In this document: one piece after another, positions 47,985 through 59,445 of the stretch
How positions within the stretch are numbered: position 1 is the first letter of the stretch
Layout: each line of letters begins with the position of its first letter
From: Mobula hypostoma
Taxonomy: Eukaryota
DNA length: 64,000 nt
Assembly (NCBI RefSeq): GCF_963921235.1
Contig: NC_086106.1
Coordinates: 18,662,001 to 18,726,000 of the forward strand
Direction of reading: 5' to 3'
Notes under the pieces: generated by a model
Database searches by the model: none
Seen by the model: the letters and a program-made list of their open reading frames with translations, nothing else
Told to the model about the DNA's origin: nothing
Made by a program: the position numbers and the translations under genes

Positions 47985-49928
47985 GCAATGTGACATATTC
48001 ATCTGAAGAGCTCCTGTAGCCTCAGGAACTCCTGGCACAATGGACTCCTCCTGTGCACTGTTTCACCAGTACTGTCCAGCAACTCCTGTCTGTCTGTCTG
48101 TAACACTGACACCCAGTGGCTCGAGGTTGCTATCGCAGCAGCCAGTTTGACTGAAGCCTCAATACCTTCTTTCAGAGGTGTTCCTTTGACCTCCAGTGGT
48201 TACAGGTTGTCATTGCAAGGTACCAAGTGCTTTCCATCAAGTCAACTTCAATCCAGACACAAGAGACTGCAGATGCTGGAATCCAGACAAACACACAATC
48301 TGCTGGAGAAACACAGCGATTTCAGCAGCATTGATGGCTGGAAAGAAACTGTTGAACCCCTGCATCAGGTCAGTTCAAATTAACACCAGGGTTACCACAG
48401 ACAGAATGTAATAATGACTGAAGCAAAATAAACCTGCTCAGGTTACATTGCAGAGAAAAAATACTCTTGAAAACACCGGACAGACAATATCCAGGGTGCA
48501 TCAGTGGTGGAGGGAGTGAAATGGAATGTAGCTGGGCAGACCTTATACATCACCAAGTGTGCCAGCTCATGAGATGTCAATGGTCATGTCGACACAGCTG
48601 TAAAATAGCAAAAACAGCAAAAATAAGCTAAAGATTGGTCTGATGAAAATCAGTTCAGTTCAAATACATATTGAAGCTGCTGTCTAAAGGCATGGGGTTC
48701 CAGTTGGCTGCCTATGTTCAAATGTTTATCACTGAAGTCTATCAATGGAACCAATGAGCCTCTGTAATCCTGAATGAAGAACAGGGGCTGATTCAAAAGA
48801 CAGTCTGTTTCAGATTGGAAAGTGGGAGAGCAGAAACAGTGAGACAGGCAGTGTTGTGTGACGAACAGAAATCACAGGAAAATTGTGTGAAATAAAATGA
48901 TGTGATTGGCAGGTTTCAAAACCTGGCAGCTTTATACAGGGGAAGCTGCAATAAGGAAAGAGGAAGGAGAGAGAGTCAGTCTGGGAATGGAAAGGAAGAG
49001 TGATGGGGAGAGGAAAGAATGGACAAGATGGAGAGAGAGAATGGATCAGATATATGTGAACCTGAAAGAGAGATGACAATGGAGAAGAGAGACTGAAGGA
49101 GAGAGAGAATAAAAAAAAGATCAAGAAAGAGATTGACCAAGGGAATAATGGAGATGGAAATGGAAAGAGATAAGAAGAATGAGTGGGAAAGGGAATGATG
49201 TCTGATGGGCAAAGACACCAGGAGAAAGCATGGATTGTATAGAATGCCATTGTAGAGCCCTGCACTGTCTGTGAGATACCAACTGGTGAATGAAACTCCT
49301 GTCGTTTCCCTGTCTGAATTTTCAATGTGACATATTCATCTGAAGGTCTTCTGCAATGAATCAGGGCTTCCTGGCACAGTGGAGTCCTCCTGTGCACTCT
49401 TTCACCCACACCGTAGAGCAGTCTCTCTGTGCCTGACTATTACACTGAGACCCAGAGACTGTCAGTTATTATCAGCAGCCAGCTTGACTGAAGCACCAGT
49501 AATTGGAGGTGTTCCTCTGACCGTCCCCTCCCCCAGTGATTGCAGGTTATCATCGTAAGCTACCAAATTCTTTTCACACCAAAAGCCTCTGGAAGATTAT
49601 TTGTATTTTCTGAGCAAGAAAGATCTCCAACCACATCCTACTCGTTCAGTGTCATCAAGAGGACATGGCCGCAATCACCTTGATGAAGCTTTGGAGATGG
49701 GTTGGGAACATGATGAGGCCAACTCAACTCCATCATCATGACTTCATTGGATTCCTGAAGACCAGAGGAATCACAGGAGACCAAAGACAACTCGGCACGA
49801 TACCACAGAGACAGAAATGAGGACCCTGAACTACACCTGGGCACAATAGAGAAGATGGCCAAGGACAGACATAGATAGAGGACAATCATTGCTGCCCTAA
49901 ATGCAAGCAGAATAATGGGCAGTAAGTA
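47985..49928 (+). repeat. U2 copy of A - PLE tail - B - GA tract - A2 - RTE end
   Basis: Collinear with 38620-40483. Confidence 0.9.
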
Positions 49929-49959
49929 AATGGAGCAGGGAACTCAACTAAAATGGACC

Positions 49960-51925
49960 CAGAATGTAAATTGTCCTTCACACAGCACAGTGGCATTTCC
50001 CAGAATGCAGCAATGTCAAGCATGTAAAGATCATTCCCACCATTGGAAGAGAAGGGAACTACCAGAATAAAGGGAAGACAGACACAGTGAACCAGCCTGT
50101 GCCTGACCCGACCCTGTTCCCGCCACCACTGGTTAAAACGCTTGACAGTCCTCTAATGAGACATCAACCATCTCAAATCCAGCACTCCTCTCTCCTCCTC
50201 GAACGTGACTCTTTTTGAATGCACTGCCCTCCTCTCTCTCTGCACCAATCCCAACCTTACCATCAAAGCCACAGACAAAGGCAGTGCTGTTGTGGTGTGG
50301 TGGACTGACCTCTACCTTGCTGAGGCCAGGCAGCAATTCACTTTCACCATAGATGTTCAGATCCTAATTCTCTAATCAAGGAAGCCTTAAATCTCTCCAC
50401 TTCTTTCCCAATAAAAGAACCAACCAATTCTCCGCCAGAGCCCTCCTCCATCTGGCAGAACTGGTCCTCATCCTCATCAAATTTTCCTTTGGCTCCTCCC
50501 ACTTCCTCCATACTCCTGTCATGGTTCCACTTGGTTGTTCCCCTTTAACACTCCTTTCTCCCTGATTATGCCCTAATTTCAGCCATTAGATTTCAATTGC
50601 TGCTAGTTTACTTAATTACAGCACACCTGGTTTGCATCAGAGACTGTGAAATAAGTACGATGGCATTACTACACAGGTCGCCAGTTTGTTGGTCTATTCT
50701 TGTGTGAAACTTTGTTCTCTCATCCGCTTAGAACCTTTAGTTCTAAGTTTCGTTCCAAGTTCTGCTCTAGTTTCAAGATAGTCCCTGTAAATCCTGTCTC
50801 CTTGTCAAGATTCCTCCGGTTTGCTGTTCTACGTTCACGTCTATGCCAGCATCCCCAACTCAGTCAACGTGCCGGTGTCCTGCACTTGGGTTCTCCTCAG
50901 TTGCACTGTGCAACAACTCCAGGGGTAGCCATGGGCACCCTCATGGGCCCCAGATAATCTGCCTCTTCATTGGCTGTGTAGAACAGTCCATGTTCCAAGC
51001 CTTCCCAGGCAATGCTCTCTGTCTTCCTCTATTACATTGACAATTGGATTTGGGCTGCTTCATGCACCCATGCTGAGCTCATCGATTTCATCAACTTTGC
51101 CTCTAACTTCCACCCTGCCCTTAAAATCACTTGGTCTATTTCTGACACCTCCCTTCACTTTCTAGATCTCTCTGTCTCCATCTCTGGGAACAAACTGTCA
51201 ACAAACTTCTTTTATATAACTATCATTTCCCATGATTATCTTGGCTAAACTGCTTCCCATACTGTCTCCTGTAAAAATACTATTGCCTTTTCTCATTTCC
51301 ATCATCTCCACTGCATCTGTTCCCAGGATGTGGTTTTCCTTTCCAGGACATCAGAAATGTGTCCTTCTTCCAAGAATGGGGTTTCCCTTCCTCCACCATT
51401 GATGCTGCCCACACCCGCATCTCCTCCATTTCCCAAACATCCGAGCTCACCCCGTCTTCCCACTGCCTTATCAGTGATAGAGTTCCTTTTGTCATTACCT
51501 ACCACCCCATGAGGTTCTGCATCTGACTCATCATCCTCTGCAACTTCCACCATCTCCAAAGGGATACTTCCACTAAACATATTTTACTTCCCCCCCCTCC
51601 ATTTTTCATATGGATCCCTCCCAACATGATTCCCCTGTCCATTCATCCTTCCCCACTAATCTCCCTCCTGGCATTTATCCCTGCAAGTGGCCAAAGTGCT
51701 ACACCTGCCCATTCACCTTCTCCCTCACCTCCATTCAGGGCCCCAAGCAGTCTTTCCAGGTGAGGCAACACTTCACCTGCAAATCTGCTGGGGTCATCTA
51801 TTGTGTCCAGTGCTCCTGATGTGGCCTCCTCTATATTGGTGAGATCTGTCGTAAATTGGGAAACCACTTCATCAAACACCTCCATTCCAACCACCAAGAT
51901 GAGGCAACCCTCAGGGTGCAGGTAG
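49960..51925 (+). mobile_element. Penelope-like element (RT to GIY-YIG), paralog of 40520-41995
   Basis: IKATDKGSAVVVW, YIDN and GVIYCVQCS..LYIGE motifs. Confidence 0.9.
50517..50915. mobile_element. Solo LTR with perfect 5-bp TSD
   Basis: TGTCATGG...GTGCAACA; ACTCC at 50512-50516 and 50916-50920; single ACTCC at 41448-41452 in the paralog. Confidence 0.92.
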
Positions 51926-53215
51926 GAAATTCTGATCATAGCAATGAGAGGTTGAAGATGTCTTTGAATGCCCCTGCCAGTTGGTTAGCACAGGTTTTCA
52001 AAGCCTTACCTGGTACTCCATCGGGCCTTGCCACCTTGCGAGGGTTCACCCTCTTGAAAGACAGCCTGATGTTGGCCTCCAAGACAGAGATCACAGAGCC
52101 AGCAGGTGCTGCAGGGACTCGCACAGCTGTAGTTCCTTTTCTCCTTTTCAAAACAAGCATAAAAGGTGTTGAGCTCATTTGGGAGTGAAACATCACTGCC
52201 ATTCATGATGTTGGGTTTTGTTTTGTGGGAAGTAATGGCCTGAAAATCCTGCCAGAGTTGATGTGCATCCAGTGTTGCCTCCAACCTCTCCCAGAATTGT
52301 TTCTTGGCTCTTGAAATAACCCTCTGCAAGTTATGCCTGGTTTTCTTATACAGACATGAGTTGTCAGACTTAAATGTCACAGATCTAGACCCAGCAGACT
52401 ACGAACCTCCTGGTTCGTCCATGGCATTTGGCTTAGGAATGTACAGTAAGATTTCATAGGCACACACACATCTACACAGAATTTAATAAACCTGGTGACA
52501 ACTGTGGCATACTCATCCAGACTCAAAGATGACTCCCTGACCATAGTCCAGTCCATCAATTCAAAGCAGTCCTGTAAGCACTCCTGCCCTTTCCTGGTCC
52601 ATACCTTCTTGGTCCTCACTACTTGTGCTGCAGTCTTCGGTCTCTGCCTATGCTTACCAAAGTGTGGGTGTGGGAGAGTAGGATAGACACGCTTAAATTT
52701 AGTGTAACAGTGTTCCAGTGTGTTGGTTACTCTGGTACTACAGGGGATTTGTAGATAATCATTGTTGAAATCTCACTCAGCCCCTAAAATGGCCAGCACT
52801 TCATTGTGAGGTATTGCGGGTCTGGTGGACAATATTGGGAGGTCACCAACACACATTCACCATGAGGAGTTGATCATGAAGCAAGGCTGCTTTTGAGAGA
52901 CTTGACTGACCTATCTTGGTGGTGGAACTGAACCCGTCTGTCTTTATCTCTGTGTCCGGTGTGGAAAGGGTTAACTATGATACCATGAAACAAAGGATGC
53001 AAGTGGTCCTAATGTCTCTCTGATACAGCACCCTGGCTCTGAGATCTTCAGTTTTATTTACCAGGGACTGTACAATTGCCAGCAAGGTAGTTGGTATTGG
53101 GAGTTGAAAACCTCATTTTCTTAAACACACCATCAGACCAGGACGTTGAATCCACTTTCTCCAGCGGCTTCCTAAAGGAGCAGTGTGCCAACCACAGTCT
53201 AACTATTTTCTCTCA
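51926..53215 (-). mobile_element. Rex1/Babar LINE 5' half (endonuclease to RT start)
   Basis: SLVNKTEDLRARVLYQRD, CFMINSSW and [23 protein letters not shown]. Confidence 0.9.
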
Positions 53216-53431
53216 GTTTTAAGCAGCAATAAGTTGTTCAATTGTATCAAAACTTCACCACTGACTGTACACATCTTAGACGCAGATGTGGTTCTCAGCA
53301 ATTGCAGGCTAAAACAAGAATATTTGATGATCACACCAGGGCTGCACCATTATTCAATATTGAACTGGCCTGGCAGAGTTCACAGCACAATGTAAACAAT
53401 TTCGTGAACGGGGTGAGTCCCAGGACCCTAC

Positions 53432-53738
53432 CTTGGACGTTCTCCACTTGCTTCTTGATACAGGTATTGGAGGGCGGATAAATCACTGTACAGCTGAAGA
53501 CTGATTCTGTCTTCCAATCCTGCAAACTCACGGTCAGGAAGTGTCTGGCACTGAAAGTCCACCCCTGGTTGGTATAGCACTGGTGTTGGAGGTGATGATG
53601 GTGCTGCCTTTCTCCCAGGTGACATCCAATTGGTCTGGGTAGAATCCAGAGACCACACACTCCAGTGTGGCCATTTTCCTATTCTTCGTCTCTTCCTGAG
53701 GTGGAGGCTGTCAGGATTTTGAATAAAGACAAACAATT
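53432..53738 (-). pseudogene. Orphan immunoglobulin heavy-chain constant (C1-set) exon, IgW CH4 / IgNAR C3 type, frameshifted
   Basis: Acceptor TCTAATCCCCAG and donor CAAG/GTAGG (phase 1). Mosaic translation: QPPPQEETKNRKMATLECVVSGFYPDQLDVTWEKGSTIITSNTSAIPT / QGWTFSARHFLTVSLQDWKTESVFSCTVIYPPSNTCIKKQVENVQ. Both canonical Cys and the Trp are present. Confidence 0.9.
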
Positions 53739-53792
53739 CTGGGGATTAGAAATGGAAAACGTCAGAATCTTACTGGAGATATTCCTATCGGT

Positions 53793-54612
53793 TGTTGAAT
53801 CAGCCCCTGTTCTTCCCTTCCCTGTAATAAAGATTACAGTGGCTCATTTATATCCATGAAAAGCCTTCAATGACAAATAATTGGCCAAAGTCAGCCAGTA
53901 GCAACCCCGTGCTTTTACACAGTAGCTTCAAGATGGATTTGACCTGACCTCTCGTTCATGGGTCTCATCTTCAGTAATTTTGTTTGGCTGCTTTTGCTAT
54001 TTCACAGCTGTGTCGACATGATCAGAGACATCTCATGAGTTGGCCACTTGTATGTTCTGCCCAGCCACATTCGATTTCACTCCCTCCATGAGTGATGCAT
54101 GGTGAATATTGTCTGTCCAGAACTTTCAACAGTATTGTTTTCTCTACAATGTAACCTGAGCAGGTTTTATCTTGCTTTGGTGATAGTTGCATTTTGCCTG
54201 TGGTAGCCCAGATGCTAATTTGTACTGACCTGATGCAGGGATTCAACAGTTTCTTTCCAGCTATCAATGCTGCTGTAGTTGCCGTGTTTCTCCAGCGCAG
54301 ATTGTGCGTTGCTCTCGATTCCAGCATCTGCAGTCTCTTGTGTTTGGAAGGAAGTTGACTTGACTGAAGTATTTGGTACCTTGTAGTGACAACCTTCAGC
54401 CACTGGGGGTCAGAGGAACACCTCTGAAATAAGGTATTGAGACTTCAAACCGGCTGCTGTAATAGCACCCTCAAACCACTGGGTGTCAGTGTTACAGATT
54501 AGTCAGAGGGGGTTGCCCGACTGCTTGGGTGAAACAGTGCACAGGAGGAGTCCATTGTGCCAGGAGGGCCTGAGACTACAGGAGCTCTTCAGAGGAATAT
54601 GTCACATTGCAA
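53793..54612 (-). mobile_element. Fossil RTE blocks A and B (U3)
   Basis: Reverse-complement match to 47985-48795. Confidence 0.85.
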
Positions 54613-54679
54613 CGCGGTTTCCTCCCACATCTCAAAGACCTACTTGTCGGTAGGTTAAATGGCCACCGTAAATTGCCCT

Positions 54680-55610
54680 CAGTGATAGAGTCCTACAGCA
54701 TGGAAACAGGTCTATAGCACAAGTCGTCCATGCTGACCAAGATGAAAATCCAAGCTAGGTCCCATTTCCCAGTGTTTGACCCATAACCATCCAAAATGTT
54801 CCACTCCGTGTATCTGTCCAACTGCCTTTGAAAAGTTATTTACTTAACTCAAACACTTCTTCTGGTAACATATTCCATATGTTCCACCATTTCTGTTTAA
54901 AGAATCCTTTAAATTCCTGTTAAATCTTTCCCCTCTCACTGAAACCTATGCCCTCTAGCTCTTGGTTCCCCATCTTAATAAAAGACTGTGGACATTTACC
55001 ACAGCTATGCCCCTCATGATTTTACGCATCTTTATAAAAGTGCCTCTCAGACTCCTGTATTCCAAGCAATATAGCCTTAGCCTGTCGAACCTCTCCCCAT
55101 AACACGGACCTTGAGTCCTGGCAACATCCTTATAAATCTCTTCTGCACTCATTCAGTTTAATTGCCTCTTTCCTGCAGCTTGCTGACTGAAGTGCAGCCT
55201 CACAGATGCCTTGTACAACCGCACTGTGACCTCCCAACATTCACACTCAATGTTCTGTCTAATGAAGGCCAGCATACCAAAAGCCTTTCACCATCCTAAC
55301 TACTTTTGATTCCATGTCCTTTTAATCCACAACACTGTCCAGGGCCCTGCCGTTTACCATGAAAGTCCAACCTTGGTTTGACTTTACAAATTACGACACC
55401 TCACACTTATCTGAATTAAAATCCAGTTGCCACTCCTTACTCAGCTAATCAACATACACCTGTAATGCTTGATAATCTTTCACAAACTTCACTTTACCAC
55501 TTGTTTTAATATCGTCTGTGAACGTACTGACCATGTTTTGTACATTCGTATCCAAATCTTTGATGCAGATGACAAAAAAAAATGGCCAAGCACTGACCCC
55601 TGAAGTACAC
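54680..55610 (-). mobile_element. CR1 RT 3' part (U3)
   Basis: Reverse-complement paralog of 46930-47900. Confidence 0.88.
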
Positions 55611-55621
55611 CTACTTGTCAT

Positions 55622-55724
55622 GGACATACTCCCTGTTCACCGATAACTGTGGGGCCAGGTACAGCTCCAACTCATTAACAGAGTTTGTCTGGCACACAGT
55701 TATGGGTGTACAGGGAGTATGTCC
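55622..55724. repeat. Inverted repeat (37/36-nt arms, 30-nt loop) derived from Rex1 RT sequence
   Basis: GGACATACTCCCTGTTCACCGATAACTGTGGGGCCAG versus the reverse complement of CTGGCACACAGTTATGGGTGTACAGGGAGTATGTCC. Confidence 0.92.
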
Positions 55725-56161
55725 CTGTCAGAGCAACTCCCACACTGCAATCTCTGGCACAATGGAGGACAACTGTACTCGGGACATTGGGAATGCTACA
55801 GTCTGTATGACATGCACCATCTACACTTGGAAACAGCTGTCGGCTCCTACATTGTCATTTCACCCACGTCATAGACACCAATGATGATGTGAGCCCCGCC
55901 CTGAACCACTAACAGTCTGGGTGTGCAAGGATCATATCACTGACAACAATCTGGAGTATTAACATTATTTCTGTATCACTGACAGACACAGGGATGTGCG
56001 AAGTATACTTGTCACACAGTATATAGTATTCACACCATCTCCACAGCAAGAACGGACAAAATGTACAGATAACCTGCTGATGACATCATCTCATTTGTTA
56101 GTGATCCCTTTAAAGACCAGATAATCAGGATGTAAGAGGGAAGGAAACAACAGAAAAATTA

Positions 56162-56162
56162 T

Positions 56163-56193
<31 letters not shown>

Positions 56194-56218
56194 TGTGTGT
56201 CTGTGTGTGTGTGTGTGT
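56162..56218. repeat. Compound microsatellite (TA)n(CA)n(GT)n
   Basis: Read directly from the sequence. Confidence 0.97.
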
Positions 56219-56799
56219 TCAAAACCAATTATGCCACAACAGAGTATCATGTCTAATTCAGGACCCAATATCAGTGGGATGAAAAAGCATTAGAAAATAT
56301 TAGAATGATTCCAGGGATGATGGTCATCACGAATGTGGAAAATGGAGCAGCTGGAATTGCTTTGTTTGGAAAGGAAGATGTGGAAGGACATCCATGAAGG
56401 CATTTGTAATCACAGAGGCTCAAAATGGACGAAGAGAGAAACTGTCATTGGTGAATGTAGAGGGTGTAGAATGACAAAAGGATCAGAGTCACATCAGGAA
56501 TAATGATTTATGCAGTGAGAGGAACGTGTCTATAAATCACTGATATGCCTGGTAGAGGAAGCTCATCCAATTGTGGTATTCTGAAGGGAAATGGAAAATT
56601 GAGAGGAAGACAAAATGCAGAATAATGGGAGATAAGACAGGGGAACACATTGGTTAGCTCTTCATTACCACCAGCTCAGACTTAATAGGTGACTCAATTT
56701 TCTTCCACACTATTCTGTTAGTGATTCTCCGTGCTTAAGCCATCTGTCCAGTTGCTATCACATCCTATCATTCCAAAACCCTTAATGTTCCTTGCCCCA

Positions 56800-57130
56800 A
56801 AGACAATGATATCTATCAGGTGTCAGAAACATGCTGGCTCCATCTTACAATCAGGCACAGACCCATTAGACTTTTAATTTTTCCAAAACAGCCTTTGGTA
56901 GAGACATCCAGCTCATTTTCACAGCTAATCCAAACGAAATAGAAAAGATTCTCCTTCCTGATGATCCTTCTAGAATGTGCACGTTCTTTCAGCTGACTTC
57001 CTCCTGAACCCCGCACGGATTGGCAACATCAACGTCCAACCTTCTTTATTCGAGACTGAAACAACATTGGGACAACCAGATTTACGGGATTCTCACGTTC
57101 CAGACTACTGAACTCCACTTCACGACTTTG
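56800..57130 (-). mobile_element. Fossil RTE endonuclease N-terminus (U3)
   Basis: WNVRIP..RRLDVDVA..GSQLKE; homologous to 18664-18900 and 63020-63400. Confidence 0.8.
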
Positions 57131-57289
57131 TCAACAGCAGTTGTTATGGGGGAAAGAAAAACAACTGGAAAAGCTGTGAACATTACGACTAGTGACACTG
57201 TCTGTCCTGTCAGCACTGCCCCTACAGCACCAGCAACACCGTGTGTGAGTATCACATCAGTAACATGGTCTCTGGTGTCAGCATCTCCT

Positions 57290-57900
57290 CTGCAGCACCG
57301 ACCGCTCTTATCAACGGCCGGGAACGTGACTGCGCGGCGGAAACCCAACGGCCGAAGCTCAGGCGGGTCGATCGTCAAGCAGTGATTGGATGATCGGCCG
57401 TCACGTGGGTGTGTCTCTTGGAAGCGAGCTCGAGCGTGGGTTGTCGAGGTTCTCACCAGAGGGCGGGGTGACATCTTTGGTTGCCGGCAAAAAAAAAGGA
57501 TGATTCGAGAAGAGAGTCGGGTTGAGGCGCGCGGGTAGCGGCAAGCTGTGATTGGAGGATCGGCCTGAAGGTGACGTATGGCTGCTCCGCCTTCCGCTGA
57601 TTGAAGATATAGTCTCCCGGTGTCCGCGCGAACTGGGAGAAAGAGAGCACGCGGCAAATGGTTAAAGCGCGGGAGGGAGCGAGGCTCCGATTGGTTGAGG
57701 GGTAAAGGCGTGTGACGAGTAGCCGAGTGCGTGAATCTCTCCAACGGCGCAGCCGCAGCAGCGGGAGAAAGGAGACGCCAGCGCTGAGTTGTCGTGTCCG
57801 GTAGCAAATCGTTGGTGGCTGAAGAAGAGGGCTTCGTTGGAGGTGTGCACAAAAGCTAACGGGACAACGCATTGCAGGGTAAGGAGAGAGGCAAGTTCGG
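57290..57900. promoter_or_regulatory. CpG island, putative bidirectional promoter (paralog U3)
   Basis: Inverted homolog of 11420-12250; ATTGG at 57385, about 57551 and about 57690; CACGTG at 57402; donor AGG/GTAAGG at 57878/57879. Confidence 0.75.
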
Positions 57901-58289
57901 GAAACATTCATTTTCTGGTGTCTAAGAACAGACAGTGCAGGAAGAACACTAGTGTGGTATTGGAAGAAGTTCTGATTGTTTGATGTATGGACTTGGTGGG
58001 TGGAGATCGGAGAGGTCGTTGTATGACAGGTGGACTAGTGTGGAGTGTGAATACACAGTTAAACTAGTGACAGAAAGATTATGTGCTGGGTGGGTAGACA
58101 ATAAATAGACGTTTATTTTGTTGTTTGAGGCTGGATCTGCAGGTACTCAGGGTCATCTGGGAAGCTGGGGGCTTCATAGATGAGACACTTACAGAGGTGG
58201 TCATACCTGAAGTACAATTTCAGCTAGATGGGGAAGTAAGGGGAAAAGACAGTCAGTACATGTGCTGGTTAGTACCAGAATTGGAAAAT

Positions 58290-58760
58290 AGGCCAGATTT
58301 TCCTCTGCAATCGGCAATAGTGTAACAACCGTCCCTTTGCCTCCTCACCACCATCCAATCTCCTCAACAGTCTTTCCAGTGAGGCTCAGATTTCCATGCA
58401 CCACATCCATTGTTGACTATTGCATTCATTGCACTCAAGGTGACCCAAGTGTCATCTAGGGAATCACTTGAACAAATATCTGCACTCCAGGCACCATGGC
58501 CATCGATAGCTCCCACTCAGAAGCCATTTTAATTCTACTCCCCATTGCCACATCAACCTGTTTGGCTTTGGTGACATTCACTGTCATGGTGAGGCCAAAC
58601 GCAAGCATGAGGGACAGAACATCTTATTCCAGTTTGGTTATCTACAATCCAATGGCATGAATACTGAATTCTGCAATTTGAGGTAAACTTCTTCCCCACT
58701 GTCCCCTTTTCTCTCTCCTCCTGATCTACCCAGGTCCTCTTGTACACATCTTTCTTTCAA
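58290..58760 (+). mobile_element. Penelope GIY-YIG and tail remnant
   Basis: Inverted paralog of 1269-1640. Confidence 0.7.
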
Positions 58761-58999
58761 AACTCCCCAACCCCAACGGGACTCTAGAGGGATTGTTTAT
58801 TTCTGCCAAGTAAATTTTAAGGGCGATGGAGTAACAGGGCCCGTGTGAATTTATTCACAAGGTCCCTTGGTCACCATGGAGCGTAAGTGGAGGACAAAAT
58901 GAGTTGAACATTTTTTCTGCAACTGTACTTAGTGTTCAACCATTAAATGTCTAATTCCCTCAGCTCTTGTGAAAATACTGTGAATTAGTTTGTTTCTCT

Positions 59000-59445
59000 C
59001 TCCACAGATACTACCTGTCCTGTAATTTCATTAGTTTTTATCTCTTATTTGCAATGTGTAATTATTTGTCCCTCAGTGATGATTTCATTCTTCCTATTGG
59101 AGTTCAGATGCCAATTTTTGTCTGCAGCTGATTTGATCTGAACAATGTGTTACCCTGCAATAATAACTACAACCACTAGGGGTGAGAGGAACACCTCCAA
59201 ATATTGAGCCTTCAGTTAAATTGGCTGCTGTTTTGTTAACCGACAGCCTCTGGCTGTAAGTGTAACAGTCAGGCAAAAAGACACTGCTGGATGGTGTGGG
59301 TGAAACAGTGCACAGGAGGATTCCACTGTGCCAGGAGTTCCTGAGTCTGCAGGAGCTCTTTGGATGAATACATCACGTTGAAATATGACATCCTTCTTCA
59401 AAATTCATGCTTGTTGGTAGGTTATTGCCACTTTAAACTGTGCTT
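59000..59445 (-). repeat. Block A plus flank (U4), inverted paralog of 540-890
   Basis: Reverse complement of 59041-59110 matches 770-850 (CTGAACTCCAA..GGAAGAATGAAA..CATCACTGAGGGACAAATAA). Confidence 0.85.

Noticed and set aside
53183-53859. Plus-strand ORFs over the Ig exon and minus ORFs 53331-53660 and 53428-53736 as intact genes
   Set aside because: Each holds only part of the domain or the wrong frame; the exon is frameshifted.
57082-57852. 256-aa ORF across the U3 CpG island, in frame with the RTE WNVR motif
   Set aside because: GC-rich sequence is naturally poor in stops, the ORF begins at a non-ATG start, the U1 paralog is split over three frames, and no domain is recognisable.
59094-59276. 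SYYCRVTH motif suggesting an Ig domain in block A
   Set aside because: No B-strand Cys or C-strand Trp at the proper spacing, the motif is not kept in other copies, and the block fits an RTE RT C-terminus better.
540-59385. Block A array as a snoRNA, miRNA or CRISPR-like cluster
   Set aside because: Copies are kilobases apart inside larger duplicated units, lack consistent C/D or H/ACA boxes and have no repeat-spacer structure.
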